Below are positions 51,004-62,015 of a stretch of 64,000 bases of DNA, one piece after another; the stretch's first letter is position 1; the number at the start of each line of letters is the position of its first letter. The notes under the pieces were generated by a model. That model had not been told where the DNA came from. It saw only the letters and a program-made list of their open reading frames with translations, and made no database searches. The position numbers and the translations under genes were made by a program. Source of the DNA: an uncultured Actinomycetota bacterium (GTDB taxonomy: Bacteria > Actinomycetota > Actinomycetes > Propionibacteriales > Nocardioidaceae); the NCBI GenBank assembly GCA_963759065.1, contig CAVWYA010000010.1, forward strand, positions 321,231 through 385,230, given 5' to 3'.

Positions 51004-51858
51004 GTGCCCTTCACCGAGGTAGCCCACGACATCTGGGTCGCTCGCTACGAGTGGTTCGACGTCAACGTGACGGTGGTCCGCGGGTCGGCCGGCCTCCTCG
51101 TCGTCGACACCCACGCGTCCTCAGTCGCGGCCCGGGCGGTGATCGAGGACGTCCGCGAGCTCGGCGCGGGAGACGTGGTCGCGGTCGTGAACACCCACGA
51201 GCACTTCGACCACACCTTCGGCAACGGCGCCTTCCGGAAGGCGTACGCCGCCGTGCCCGTGCACGCGCACGAGGTGGCCGCCGACAACACCGTCGCGGCC
51301 GGGGACCGGATCAAGGCGGTGTACGACGAGCCCGACAACCTTGCCGATCCGCACCGCGACGAGGTCCAGGCGACCAAGATCGTGCCGGCCGACACCACGT
51401 TCTCCTCGGCGGTGGCGCTCGAGCTCGGCGACCGCATGGTCGAGCTCGTCCACCCCGGCCGGGGCCACACCGCCGGCGACCTGGTGGTCCGGGTGCCTGA
51501 CGCGGACGTGCTGCTCGCCGGCGACCTCGTCGAGGAGTCCGCCCCGCCCGGGATGGGCGACGACTGCTACCCGATGGAGTGGCCGCTGAGCCTCGACATC
51601 GTCCTCGGCCTGCTGACCTCGGGCTCCGTCGTCGTGCCCGGCCACGGCGCACCCGTCGACCGCGACTTCGTCGAGACCCAGCGCAACGAGCTCGGCATCG
51701 TCGCCGAGACCATCCGCGACCTCGCCACCCGCGGCGTCCCCGTCGTCGAGGCCCTGGACGCCGCCGACTGGCCGTTCCCGCGCGATCGGCTCCCCCACGC
51801 CGTACGCCGTGGCTACGAGCACCTCCCGCGCAGCCAGAAGCGACTCCCGCTCGTCTAG
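51004..51858 (+). CDS. MBL-fold metallo-hydrolase
   Basis: THEHFDH, GHTAGD, AGDL, PGHG. Confidence 0.92.
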   Translation: MPFTEVAHDIWVARYEWFDVNVTVVRGSAGLLVVDTHASSVAARAVIEDVRELGAGDVVAVVNTHEHFDHTFGNGAFRKAYAAVPVHAHEVAADNTVAAGDRIKAVYDEPDNLADPHRDEVQATKIVPADTTFSSAVALELGDRMVELVHPGRGHTAGDLVVRVPDADVLLAGDLVEESAPPGMGDDCYPMEWPLSLDIVLGLLTSGSVVVPGHGAPVDRDFVETQRNELGIVAETIRDLATRGVPVVEALDAADWPFPRDRLPHAVRRGYEHLPRSQKRLPLV

Positions 51859-51882
51859 TTCCCGGGTGGGTACTGCCTGGGC

Positions 51883-52080
51883 ATGAGCAACAGCAGCGAC
51901 GAGCAGGGTGGTCAGGGCATCACGGACGAGGACCTGCCGGAGGACCTGAAGCCGGGCGAGGACAACCCGCTGGCCGAGGGGCTCGACGACGCCGAGACCG
52001 CCGGGGACCTCGAGCCAGGGGAGCTGCTGGAGGAGGGCAAGACCGCCGACCAGTGGGACGACGAGCAGCTCGAGGACTGA
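51883..52080 (+). CDS. Small acidic hypothetical protein
   Basis: 65 aa, D/E-rich, typical codon usage. Confidence 0.65.
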   Translation: MSNSSDEQGGQGITDEDLPEDLKPGEDNPLAEGLDDAETAGDLEPGELLEEGKTADQWDDEQLED

Positions 52081-52088
52081 CTGTTTAA

Positions 52089-52461
52089 ACCCCCGCGAGC
52101 TTCGGCCCCCAGTCCGTGGCGACGCTCGCTGCGCTCGCAGGCGCCGCGTCGCTCGCTGCGCTCGCTCGGCGCAGTCGCCACGGCCCGGAGGCCGATCGCG
52201 GGGCGCGCGGGCTTCGCCCGCAAGACCGGGTCGCTGCGCTCCCTCCACAGTGCTGACCGTGGTCACCTCGGCGAGCCCGGCCTCGTGTATGTGGCGGGAG
52301 CGCAGCGACCCGGTCTTTCCGAGCGCAGCGAGGCGCCCGGCGATCGGCCTGGTGGCCCCGACGACAGCCCCGGAGCGAGCGCCAGCGAGCGACCGGGGGC
52401 TGTAGCGAGCGAAGCTCGCGTCGTCGGGGACATCCAGGCCGAAGCTCGCCGGGGTAGACAA
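52089..52461. mobile_element. MITE/REP-like palindromic element, copy B (inverted and longer than copy A)
   Basis: Left about 150 bp matches the reverse complement of 12422-12578; right end 52440-52461 is the exact reverse complement of 12335-12356; the internal module occurs twice, in opposite orientations. Confidence 0.7.
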
Positions 52462-52587
52462 CACCGCGAGTGCACTCCTCGAAGCCGGCAAGCAGGCGCG
52501 TTGCTCACACGCACAGGAAACTTCGCGCGACGAGCCGACCGGCGTGTGCTCCCCGGCACCGTCGGTGCGCGCCCCTAGCGTCGAGGC

Positions 52588-53433
52588 ATGGCCGATCGCT
52601 ACGGGTCCGACGTGCTCGCGTCCGACTGGCGCGCGCCCAAGCGGGGCCGGGCCGTCGAGGCGGTCGCCGAGCTCGGGGCGGTGGTCGAGGAGGTCACGAC
52701 GGACTGGTGCGGCGAGATCGTGGCGGTCGACCGCGACCTCGACACGCTCACGCTGGAGGACCGCCGTGGTCGGCGGAGGACCTTCCCGCTCGGGCCCGGG
52801 TTCCTGCTGGAGGGCAAGCCGGTCATCCTCGGACCGCCGGTCCGGCAGGTCGCACCCGCCAAGCCGACCCGCACCGCATCCGGCTCGGTCGCCGTCCACG
52901 ACGCGAAGGCCCGGGTCGCCCGGGCCAGCCGGATCTACGTCGAGGGCCGCCACGACGCCGAGCTCGTCGAGAAGGTCTGGGGCGACGACCTGCGCATCGA
53001 GGGCGTCGTCGTCGAATACCTCGGTGGCGTCGACGACCTGGCCGGCCACCTGCGCGACTTCGGCCCGGCACCCGACCGCAGGGTCGGCGTGCTGGTCGAC
53101 CACCTCGTCCCCGGCTCCAAGGAGAGCCGGATCGCCGCCGACGTCGCCCGGTCCCCCATCGGCGCTCACGTGCTGGTCGTCGGCCACCCGTTCGTCGACG
53201 TCTGGCAGGCGGTCAAGCCGGACCGGATCGGGCTCGCCGAGTGGCCAGAGATCCCGCGGTCGGTGGAGTGGAAGAAGGGCGTCTGCGCGCACCTCGGCTG
53301 GCCCCACGGCACCCAGACCGACATCGCCCGGGCCTGGCAGCAGATCCTCGGCCGCGTCCGGTCCTACGACGACCTCGAGCCCGCCCTGCTCGGACGCGTC
53401 GAGGAGCTCATCGACTTCGTGACTAGCTCCTGA
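52588..53433 (+). CDS. DUF3097 family protein
   Basis: YGSDVL, FPLGPGFLLEG, RTASGS, IYVEGRHDAELVEKVWGDDLR. Confidence 0.85.
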   Translation: MADRYGSDVLASDWRAPKRGRAVEAVAELGAVVEEVTTDWCGEIVAVDRDLDTLTLEDRRGRRRTFPLGPGFLLEGKPVILGPPVRQVAPAKPTRTASGSVAVHDAKARVARASRIYVEGRHDAELVEKVWGDDLRIEGVVVEYLGGVDDLAGHLRDFGPAPDRRVGVLVDHLVPGSKESRIAADVARSPIGAHVLVVGHPFVDVWQAVKPDRIGLAEWPEIPRSVEWKKGVCAHLGWPHGTQTDIARAWQQILGRVRSYDDLEPALLGRVEELIDFVTSS

Positions 53434-53812
53434 GCATGTAGCCCTGCGCGTCCTTGCTGTCGGTCGCCAGGATGATGATCCCGTCGATCAGGCTCCAGAG
53501 CGAGCCGATGCCGCAGGTCAGGACAGTGACCACCAGCTGGAGCACGCCCGTCCTGGTGTCGCCGAGGTAGAAGCGGCCGATCCCGATAGGGATGAGGATG
53601 TTGAGGAGCCCGGCGACGATCTTCGACTTGTCGGAGTAGGGGATGCCGGTGACGGGGTGCAGGCCGTACGGCGCCTGCGAGCTGACGCCGTACGCGCCGG
53701 CCGGCAGGCCCGGCTGCGTGTAGCCCGCGTAGCCCGGCGAGGGCGGCGGCGGAGGCGGAGGCGGGACCGAGCCGTAGGGCTGGGTCGGGTCCGGCGGCGG
53801 GGTTTCGCTCAT
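53423..53812 (-). CDS. TM2/NINE domain membrane protein
   Basis: Pro-rich N-terminus; SDKSKIVAGLL...GIGRFYLG. Confidence 0.88.
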   Translation of the reverse strand: MSETPPPDPTQPYGSVPPPPPPPPSPGYAGYTQPGLPAGAYGVSSQAPYGLHPVTGIPYSDKSKIVAGLLNILIPIGIGRFYLGDTRTGVLQLVVTVLTCGIGSLWSLIDGIIILATDSKDAQGYMLRS

Positions 53813-53887
53813 GGCCCCACCCTAGGGCCGCCGATCCCCGGATCCGGCCCGGTTCAGGGACGGTTCAGGGTCGGGTTCAGGTCCGGA

Positions 53888-55111
53888 TCAGGGCAGGAGA
53901 TCCCTGACCACCGCGTCGGCCAGGAGCCGGCCGTGCGCGGTGAGGACCAGCCGGTCGCCCTCGACCTCGACCAGCCCGCGTGCCACCTGCTCGTCGACCG
54001 CGGCCCGGCCGTCGTCGTCCAGGACCGGGAGCGGCAGACCGTCGCTGAGTCGCAGCTCGAGCAGCACCCGCTCCACCCTCCGGGTCTCGGCGTCGAGCAG
54101 CTCGCGCCCGTGCGCCGGGCTGATCCCGGCCGCGATCCGCTCGGCGTACGCCGCGGGGTGCCGGACGTTCCACCAGCGCACTCCCCCCACGTGGGAGTGC
54201 GCGCCCGGCCCGACGCCCCACCAGTCCGCGCCCGTCCAGTAGAGGAGATTGTGCCGGCAGCGGGCGGCCTCGTCCGTGGCCCAGTTGGAGACTTCGTACC
54301 ACCCCAGACCCGCGGCGGAGAGCTTCGCGTCGGCAACGGCGTACTTGTCGGCGAGGTCGTCCTCGTCGGGCATCGGCAGCTCGCCGCGGCGGACCCGCCG
54401 GGCCAGCGCGGTGCCGTCCTCGACGATCAAGGAGTACGCCGAGACGTGGTTGGGCTCGCAAGCGAGGGCGGCGTCCAGCGAGGCCTCCCAGTCGGCCAGG
54501 GACTCCCCCGGCGTGCCGTAGATGAGGTCCAGGCTGATCTGGTCGAACCCGGCCGCGCGGGCCCACGCGACCACGTCCGGGACCCGGGCCGGGTCGTGGG
54601 TGCGGTCGAGCACGGTGAGCACGTGGTCGACGGCCGACTGCATCCCGAACGAGATGCGGGTGAAGCCGGCCTCGCGCAGCGCGACCAGGTCGGCCTTGGT
54701 GACGCTGTCCGGGTTGGCTTCGGTGGTCACTTCAGCGCCCGGCGCCAGCCCGAGCTCGCCGTCGATCGCACCCAGGACGGACCCGAGGGCCGCCGGGCTG
54801 AGCAGCGTCGGGGTGCCGCCGCCGAAGAAGACGGTCTCGACCGGCACCGGCCGACCCAGCACCCGGCGGGCCAGCCGGACCTCGCTGACCGCGGCGTCGG
54901 CGTACGTCGTGCGGGAGGCGCCGGGCACGCCGGTCGCGGTGCCGAGGTCCGCCACCGTGTAGGTGTTGAAGTCGCAGTAGCCGCAGCGGACCGTGCAGAA
55001 CGGCACGTGCACGTAGACCCCGAAGGGCCGCTGGCCGACCTCGGACGACGCCGAGTCCGGGAGGGTGCCGTCGCTCGGCGCCGGCTCTCCTTCGGGCTGG
55101 GCTGACGGCAC
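53888..55111 (-). CDS. hemW: Radical SAM heme chaperone HemW
   Basis: YVHVPFCTVRCGYCDF, GGGTPT, EANP, SFGMQS, YEVSNW, HNLLYW. Confidence 0.93.
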   Translation of the reverse strand: MPSAQPEGEPAPSDGTLPDSASSEVGQRPFGVYVHVPFCTVRCGYCDFNTYTVADLGTATGVPGASRTTYADAAVSEVRLARRVLGRPVPVETVFFGGGTPTLLSPAALGSVLGAIDGELGLAPGAEVTTEANPDSVTKADLVALREAGFTRISFGMQSAVDHVLTVLDRTHDPARVPDVVAWARAAGFDQISLDLIYGTPGESLADWEASLDAALACEPNHVSAYSLIVEDGTALARRVRRGELPMPDEDDLADKYAVADAKLSAAGLGWYEVSNWATDEAARCRHNLLYWTGADWWGVGPGAHSHVGGVRWWNVRHPAAYAERIAAGISPAHGRELLDAETRRVERVLLELRLSDGLPLPVLDDDGRAAVDEQVARGLVEVEGDRLVLTAHGRLLADAVVRDLLP

Positions 55112-55133
55112 CCGCCCAGCCTAGAGATCGGTG

Positions 55134-56063
55134 CTAGACCGGCACGTTGAGCGTGAACGTGTAGCCCTCGTCGGCCGAGCCGGTGACGGCCGCGAGCTGG
55201 AGCGAGTAGCCGTCGCTGAACACGCCGTCGGCGTCGAGGGAGACCCCGCTGAACGTGTCCGCACTGGATTCGTAGCCGTCGACGACGCCGTAGACCTCGC
55301 GGCAGCTGTCCTCCGGGATCGCGAGCTGGGAGGTCCGCAGCTTGTTGCTGTAGGAGGTCGCGGAGTCGAGTGACTCGTAGACCTCGAAGTGCATGTGCGG
55401 CCAGCGGCCGTCGTAGCAGGCCGGGAAGATGGTCGTGAACTGGACGGTGCCGTCGGCGGCCGTCTCCTGGACGCCGCGCAGGTAGTTCTCGTCGGTGACG
55501 CCCTCGGAGTACAGCGAGTAGCGGCCCTCGCGGTCGCAGTGCCACAGGTAGAGCGCCGCGCCGGCCAGCGGCGTGACGTCGGAGCCGTTGAGGTCGTAGA
55601 CCTTGAGATTGACCGTCACCGGCACGCCTTCGGCCACCCCGGACGCCGAGCCGAACGACGAGGTGAGGTCGCTGCGCACGATGCCGCTCTCGCTCAGGAC
55701 GTTGACGCCGTTCGACCCGTCGCCCGGGTAGGGGCCGGCGGTCTCCTCGGGGATCTCGCCGGCCGCGACCGAGACGCTGGAGTCGCCGCCCATGCCGCCC
55801 TGCGGAGGCGCGCCGCCACCGCCCGGCGGCTGGCCGGGCCCGCCCTGTGCGGAGGCCGACTCCGAGGCGGTGCTGCCGACCGACGAAGCCTCGTCGCCGT
55901 CACCGCAGCCGACCAGCGCCACCGCCCCGACCCCGCCCACCAGCCCGAGCAACCCGCGTCGGCCCCAGGCCTTGCGCTCCTGCGCAACGAGCTGGGGTAC
56001 GTCGTGGGACAGGCCGAGGTCGTGATCCTCGAGCTCTTCGTGGGCGTGGCTGTGGTCGCTCAT
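55134..56063 (-). CDS. Intradiol ring-cleavage dioxygenase-like lipoprotein (Tat-type signal)
   Basis: RRGLL + LVG-C; ETAGPY, LWHCDREGRYS, PACYDGRWPHMHF. Confidence 0.85.
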   Translation of the reverse strand: MSDHSHAHEELEDHDLGLSHDVPQLVAQERKAWGRRGLLGLVGGVGAVALVGCGDGDEASSVGSTASESASAQGGPGQPPGGGGAPPQGGMGGDSSVSVAAGEIPEETAGPYPGDGSNGVNVLSESGIVRSDLTSSFGSASGVAEGVPVTVNLKVYDLNGSDVTPLAGAALYLWHCDREGRYSLYSEGVTDENYLRGVQETAADGTVQFTTIFPACYDGRWPHMHFEVYESLDSATSYSNKLRTSQLAIPEDSCREVYGVVDGYESSADTFSGVSLDADGVFSDGYSLQLAAVTGSADEGYTFTLNVPV

Positions 56064-56114
56064 GGCACCACTCTGCGCGGCGTACCTGTGTGGGTGCTGT
56101 GGCCGGTGTTGGAG

Positions 56115-57938
<1,824 letters not shown>

Positions 57939-58008
57939 TGCTTCTCCTGGCTGGTCTGGTCCGAGACCGGTCGGGGGGCGACGTTCGCGAAGTAACCTAG
58001 TTCACAAT

Positions 58009-58026
58009 GGCTACCCGCCGGTAGCC
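58009..58026. promoter_or_regulatory. Palindrome GGCTACC-N4-GGTAGCC upstream of fadD (operator or terminator)
   Basis: Perfect 7-bp arms overlapping the MOSC gene stop. Confidence 0.35.
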
Positions 58027-58682
58027 GACATCTCACTGTTGGCCACGTACGCCTCCGCCTTGAGTCGGGCCTCCTCGACCATGCCCTCGACCTCGAGCAG
58101 CCTGGGCAGCAGCTCAGGCTCGCGATGCACGGCACGGAACATCAGCGACGCCGTCACTCCGTGGCCGGGCCGGTGCACGACCTCGATCGGGTCGCCCGCG
58201 GCCAGGGTCCCCGGTTGGAGCACCCGCAGGTAGGCGCCGGGGCGGGCGTGCTCGGCGAAGCGACGTACCCACGCCTTGTTGTCGTGGCCGCCGCGACCCA
58301 TCCACGACTTGAAGTCGTTGCACGGCGTCCGGATCGAGGCGACCTCGAGCAGCACCGTCCCGATCCGCCACCGCTCCCCCATCTCGGCGTCGTCGACGGC
58401 GAGGCCCTGGGTCGTGAGGTTCTCCCCGAACTCGCCGTCCCTCAGCTCGTCGCCGAGCTGCTCGGCCCACCAGTCGAGCTCCTCGCGGGCGAAGGCGTAG
58501 ACCGCCTGGTCCGGCCCGCCGTGGTGCCGGGTGTCGGAGACCTGGTCGCCGGTCAGCCCCAGCCGGTGCACCTCGACCGGTCCGGCGACCGCCGCCTTGT
58601 CGATCGACGTCCGGCCGATGTTCGCCCACTCCGCCTCGCGCGGCAACCCGACGTTGACCGACCTCAGCACGCCTTCGTTCAC
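58011..58682 (-). CDS. MOSC domain (YiiM-like) protein
   Basis: HHGGPDQAVY, FGENLT, RTPC, PGAYLRV. Confidence 0.9.
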   Translation of the reverse strand: MNEGVLRSVNVGLPREAEWANIGRTSIDKAAVAGPVEVHRLGLTGDQVSDTRHHGGPDQAVYAFAREELDWWAEQLGDELRDGEFGENLTTQGLAVDDAEMGERWRIGTVLLEVASIRTPCNDFKSWMGRGGHDNKAWVRRFAEHARPGAYLRVLQPGTLAAGDPIEVVHRPGHGVTASLMFRAVHREPELLPRLLEVEGMVEEARLKAEAYVANSEMSATGG

Positions 58683-58716
58683 CGGCCCATCGTCTCGCGG
58701 ACGACAACCGGTTTCT

Positions 58717-59622
58717 CTACTCCTGCACAGCCTTGGCGATCGCGATGCACATCGTCAGGTAGTCGTGGTCCGGATCGGAGGGGTGGTCCTCCAGCTCCCA
58801 GAACGCGTTGTGCAGCATGCGTACGACGACCCAGTCGCGGGCCCGGTCCTCGTCGAGGTACGCCGCGTCGACGAGCGTGTGGAAGCGGCGACGAACGGCG
58901 TTACGCAGGTCGCCAGTGGCCACGGCCTCGTCCCAGCGGTTCCAGAGCATCGGGGCCGGCTCGTAGTGCGGGTCGCCGCTGACCGGCTTGGGGTCGATGA
59001 CGAGCCAGGGCTGCCGGTCGCCGGCGAGCACGTTCTCGTAGTGCAGGTCGGCGTGGATCATCGTCCCGGTGCTGGCGTCGTCGGCCACGAGGTCCCGACC
59101 GAGCGACACCGCCTGCTGCACGAGCCGGTGCGGGACCGGCGCGGCCCTCGGCAGCTCGGCGAGCTGGTCGGTCCACTGCGCGACGTACGACGAGAGCGAA
59201 CGGAGCTGCGGCGGCGCTGGCACGTGCAGGAGGGCGTACCGCTCGGCGACCAGCTCGCAGGCCCCGAGCACCTCCACCGAAGTCAGGTCGACGGCATACA
59301 GGCGCTCCAGCAGCATCGCCGAGTGGTGTGGGTCGGCTCTGAGCAGGCGGACCGCGCCGTTCCCGGCCCAGTGCTGCAACGCCAGCGCCTCGTGCTCGCT
59401 CTCGTCGTCGGGGAAGCCGAGCTTGAGCACGGCCGGCGTCCCGTCCTGCCGCACCGGCACCACGAGGGCGCAGTAGCCATGGGTCGGCTCGCCGTCGACG
59501 GCCAGTCCCCACTCCTCGGTCACGTCGCGGAAGAGCCGCGGGAGCCGGTCGACGAACGCCGCCCACTCCGGGCCGCGCTCGGCGAAGGCCAGTACGCCGG
59601 CCGGGAGGTCGACGGAGGCCAC
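58717..59622 (-). CDS. Aminoglycoside/hydroxyurea resistance kinase (APH(6)/StrB-like)
   Basis: VLK, E..AL..W.G.GAV, HADLHYENVL, IDPKP. Confidence 0.85.
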   Translation of the reverse strand: MASVDLPAGVLAFAERGPEWAAFVDRLPRLFRDVTEEWGLAVDGEPTHGYCALVVPVRQDGTPAVLKLGFPDDESEHEALALQHWAGNGAVRLLRADPHHSAMLLERLYAVDLTSVEVLGACELVAERYALLHVPAPPQLRSLSSYVAQWTDQLAELPRAAPVPHRLVQQAVSLGRDLVADDASTGTMIHADLHYENVLAGDRQPWLVIDPKPVSGDPHYEPAPMLWNRWDEAVATGDLRNAVRRRFHTLVDAAYLDEDRARDWVVVRMLHNAFWELEDHPSDPDHDYLTMCIAIAKAVQE

Positions 59623-59681
59623 GTCACGATCGTGCCCGACCCTGCCAACCGATGTGGACAACCCGCTCATGCAGGGGTTTG

Positions 59682-60926
59682 ATGGCCCCAGCGGCGCGTC
59701 AACAGGGGGGTGCGCCGCGCACATGGCCTGGGGGGGCAGTGTTCGCTCACGTGCGCCGGCGGTTGCCGTGGCTCGGCACGATCGGACCTGTCCTCACGCT
59801 CGCGGACGCAGCGGCCGTCGTCGCCGCGGGCCTGGTCGCTGCCCACGACTCGCCTGCGGCCCTGGTCGGCGCCGCGGCCCTGGCCCTGCTGATCACCCGG
59901 GCCGCGGACCTGCACCGGCCTCGGCTGGTGCTCTCGATCGTCGAGGACCTGCCCGGGCTGCTCGTGGCCTCGGCCGGTGCGACGGCGATCCTGGTCGGGG
60001 CGAGCTCGACCGGCCTGGCGTTCTGCCTGCTCGCCCTGGCCTGCCTGGTGCTGGCCCGCACCCTCGTCTACGCCGGCACGCAGGTTCTGCGTCGAGGTGA
60101 GCGGCTCGGGCGACGGGTGCTGGTCGTCGGCACCGGCGAGACCGCCCGACGGCTCGGGCAGACCCTGCTCAGCCGACCCGAGCTCGGGCTCCGTCCCGTC
60201 GGTTTCGTCGGCACCGGTCCGGCCAGCGCCCTCGACCAGGCCCGCGGACTCCCCCTCGCCCTGCTGGGACCGGTCACCTGCCTGCCCCGGACCATGACCG
60301 AGTCGCACGTCGACGTGGTCGTGGTCGCGCTGGACGGCCAGGCCGGCGCCGAGGAGACCGCCGCCGTCGAGGGCCTGCTCGCCACGCCCGCCGACGTCTA
60401 CGCGGTGCCGGCGTGGTTCCCGCCGGTGCAGGCAAGCGCCCGGCACCCGCGAGAGCTGGTCGACGGCATCCCGGTCGTGCACCTGCACCGCCGCGGTGTC
60501 TGGCGCCCCGTGCAGGTCTTCAAACGGCTCGTCGAGGTGCTGGTCGCCCTGGTGACCCTGCTCGCCCTGGTCCCCGTCCTCGCGGTCCTGGCCCTGCTGG
60601 TCAAGGTCGAGACGGGCGGTGTGCTGGTCCGCGAGCCGAGGGTGGACGAGCGCGGCCGTGCGGTGACGGCCCCGAGGTTCCGCACCAGGCGGGCGAGGTC
60701 GGTGGTGCGCCCCGGGACGACGTTCTCGGTCGCCATCTCGGGCCGCGTCGGGCCGGTCGGGCGCCTGCTGCGCTCCACCCGGCTGGTCGACCTGCCGCAG
60801 GTGGCGTGGGCACTGCTCCTCAGGGTGCGGTACGCCGGCGGTGTCCCCGGCGGCGCCCCGTTGCCGTCAGCGCCCGCGCCGAGACCCGACGAGGCGCAGG
60901 TAGACGCGGGCCAGCTCGCGAGTTGA
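59682..60926 (+). CDS. Priming sugar transferase (WcaJ/WbaP-like) with truncated, degenerate catalytic domain
   Basis: TM region, Rossmann-like VLVVGTG domain, FKRLVEV...VGRLLR...VDLPQ; lacks SLVGPRP, KPG.TG and the rest of the domain. Confidence 0.75.
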   Translation: MAPAARQQGGAPRTWPGGAVFAHVRRRLPWLGTIGPVLTLADAAAVVAAGLVAAHDSPAALVGAAALALLITRAADLHRPRLVLSIVEDLPGLLVASAGATAILVGASSTGLAFCLLALACLVLARTLVYAGTQVLRRGERLGRRVLVVGTGETARRLGQTLLSRPELGLRPVGFVGTGPASALDQARGLPLALLGPVTCLPRTMTESHVDVVVVALDGQAGAEETAAVEGLLATPADVYAVPAWFPPVQASARHPRELVDGIPVVHLHRRGVWRPVQVFKRLVEVLVALVTLLALVPVLAVLALLVKVETGGVLVREPRVDERGRAVTAPRFRTRRARSVVRPGTTFSVAISGRVGPVGRLLRSTRLVDLPQVAWALLLRVRYAGGVPGGAPLPSAPAPRPDEAQVDAGQLAS

Positions 60927-62015
60927 CGTGGTCACGTCGTGGTGCGCCTCGACGTGGGACCTACCCCGCCAGCCCTCCTCCTCGGCGAGCACCGGGTCCT
61001 CGAGCCGGGCGACCAGCGCCGCGACCAGCGCGGGCGGGTCGTCGAGCATGACGATCGCACCGGCGTCGGGAGGGACGCTGTCGATGATGCCGTTGACGTC
61101 GGTGGCGACCACGCTGCGCGCGCAGGCCATGGCCTCGAGCGGCACCAGCGCCATCCCCTCCCACCGGGACGGGATCACGACGACGTCCGCGGCCGCCATC
61201 CAGAGGGGCACGTCGATGCGGGCCCCGGCGAAGCGCACGCCCTCGAGCCCCTCGGCCAGCCGCTCGAGCGCCAGCCGGTCCGGGCCGTCGCCCACCAGGA
61301 GCAGCTGGGCCTCCGGCACCTGGGCCCGGATCTTGGGCCAGTCCGTGATCAGGTCCTGCTGGCCCTTCTGCACGGTCAGGTCGCCCACGCAGAGCACGGT
61401 CGGCACGTCGTCGAGCCCCAGCAGCTTGCGCGCGTGGATGCGGTCGCGAGCGCCGGCCGGGCGGAACTCGGCCAGGTCGATGCCGTTGGGGATCACGGTC
61501 GTCGGCGCGTGGATGCCCAGGCTCTCGCCGAGCTGCCGTTCGGTGGTGCTCACGCAGACCAGCTCGCTGGCCCAGCGGGCGGCGTGCCGCTCCCAGCGCA
61601 ACGAGGCACCCTGCACCCCGCTGCGCGCGGCGAGGAACGACCAGGCGTGCGGCTGGAACACGGTCGGGATCCGGTTCCGCACGACGAGCCGCCCGGCCAA
61701 CCCGGCCTTGCCGCTGTGCAGGTGCACGACATCGGGCCCGACCTCGTTGACGATCCGGTTCAGCCGCACCACCGCGCCGGGCAGCGTGCTCTCGTGCGCC
61801 TCCGCCCGCCACCACCGCACCGAGGCGCCGGCCTCACGCGCGGAGTAGCCGAGGTCGCCGCGCGACGGGCAGGCGACCGTGACGTTCCAGCCGCGCTCGA
61901 CCTGGTCGCGCACGTAGCGCGTGGCGACCGTGGCCACACCCCCGGAGGTCGGCACCGAGACGTGGAGCACGTGCAGCCTGCGGTTGGTCTGGATCTGCTG
62001 CTCCTTGGCAGCCAT
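60867..62015 (-). CDS. GT4 family glycosyltransferase
   Basis: GGVA, HLHSGKAG, VIPNGID, EGMALVPLE (EX7E). Confidence 0.92.
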   Translation of the reverse strand: MAAKEQQIQTNRRLHVLHVSVPTSGGVATVATRYVRDQVERGWNVTVACPSRGDLGYSAREAGASVRWWRAEAHESTLPGAVVRLNRIVNEVGPDVVHLHSGKAGLAGRLVVRNRIPTVFQPHAWSFLAARSGVQGASLRWERHAARWASELVCVSTTERQLGESLGIHAPTTVIPNGIDLAEFRPAGARDRIHARKLLGLDDVPTVLCVGDLTVQKGQQDLITDWPKIRAQVPEAQLLLVGDGPDRLALERLAEGLEGVRFAGARIDVPLWMAAADVVVIPSRWEGMALVPLEAMACARSVVATDVNGIIDSVPPDAGAIVMLDDPPALVAALVARLEDPVLAEEEGWRGRSHVEAHHDVTTSTRELARVYLRLVGSRRGR

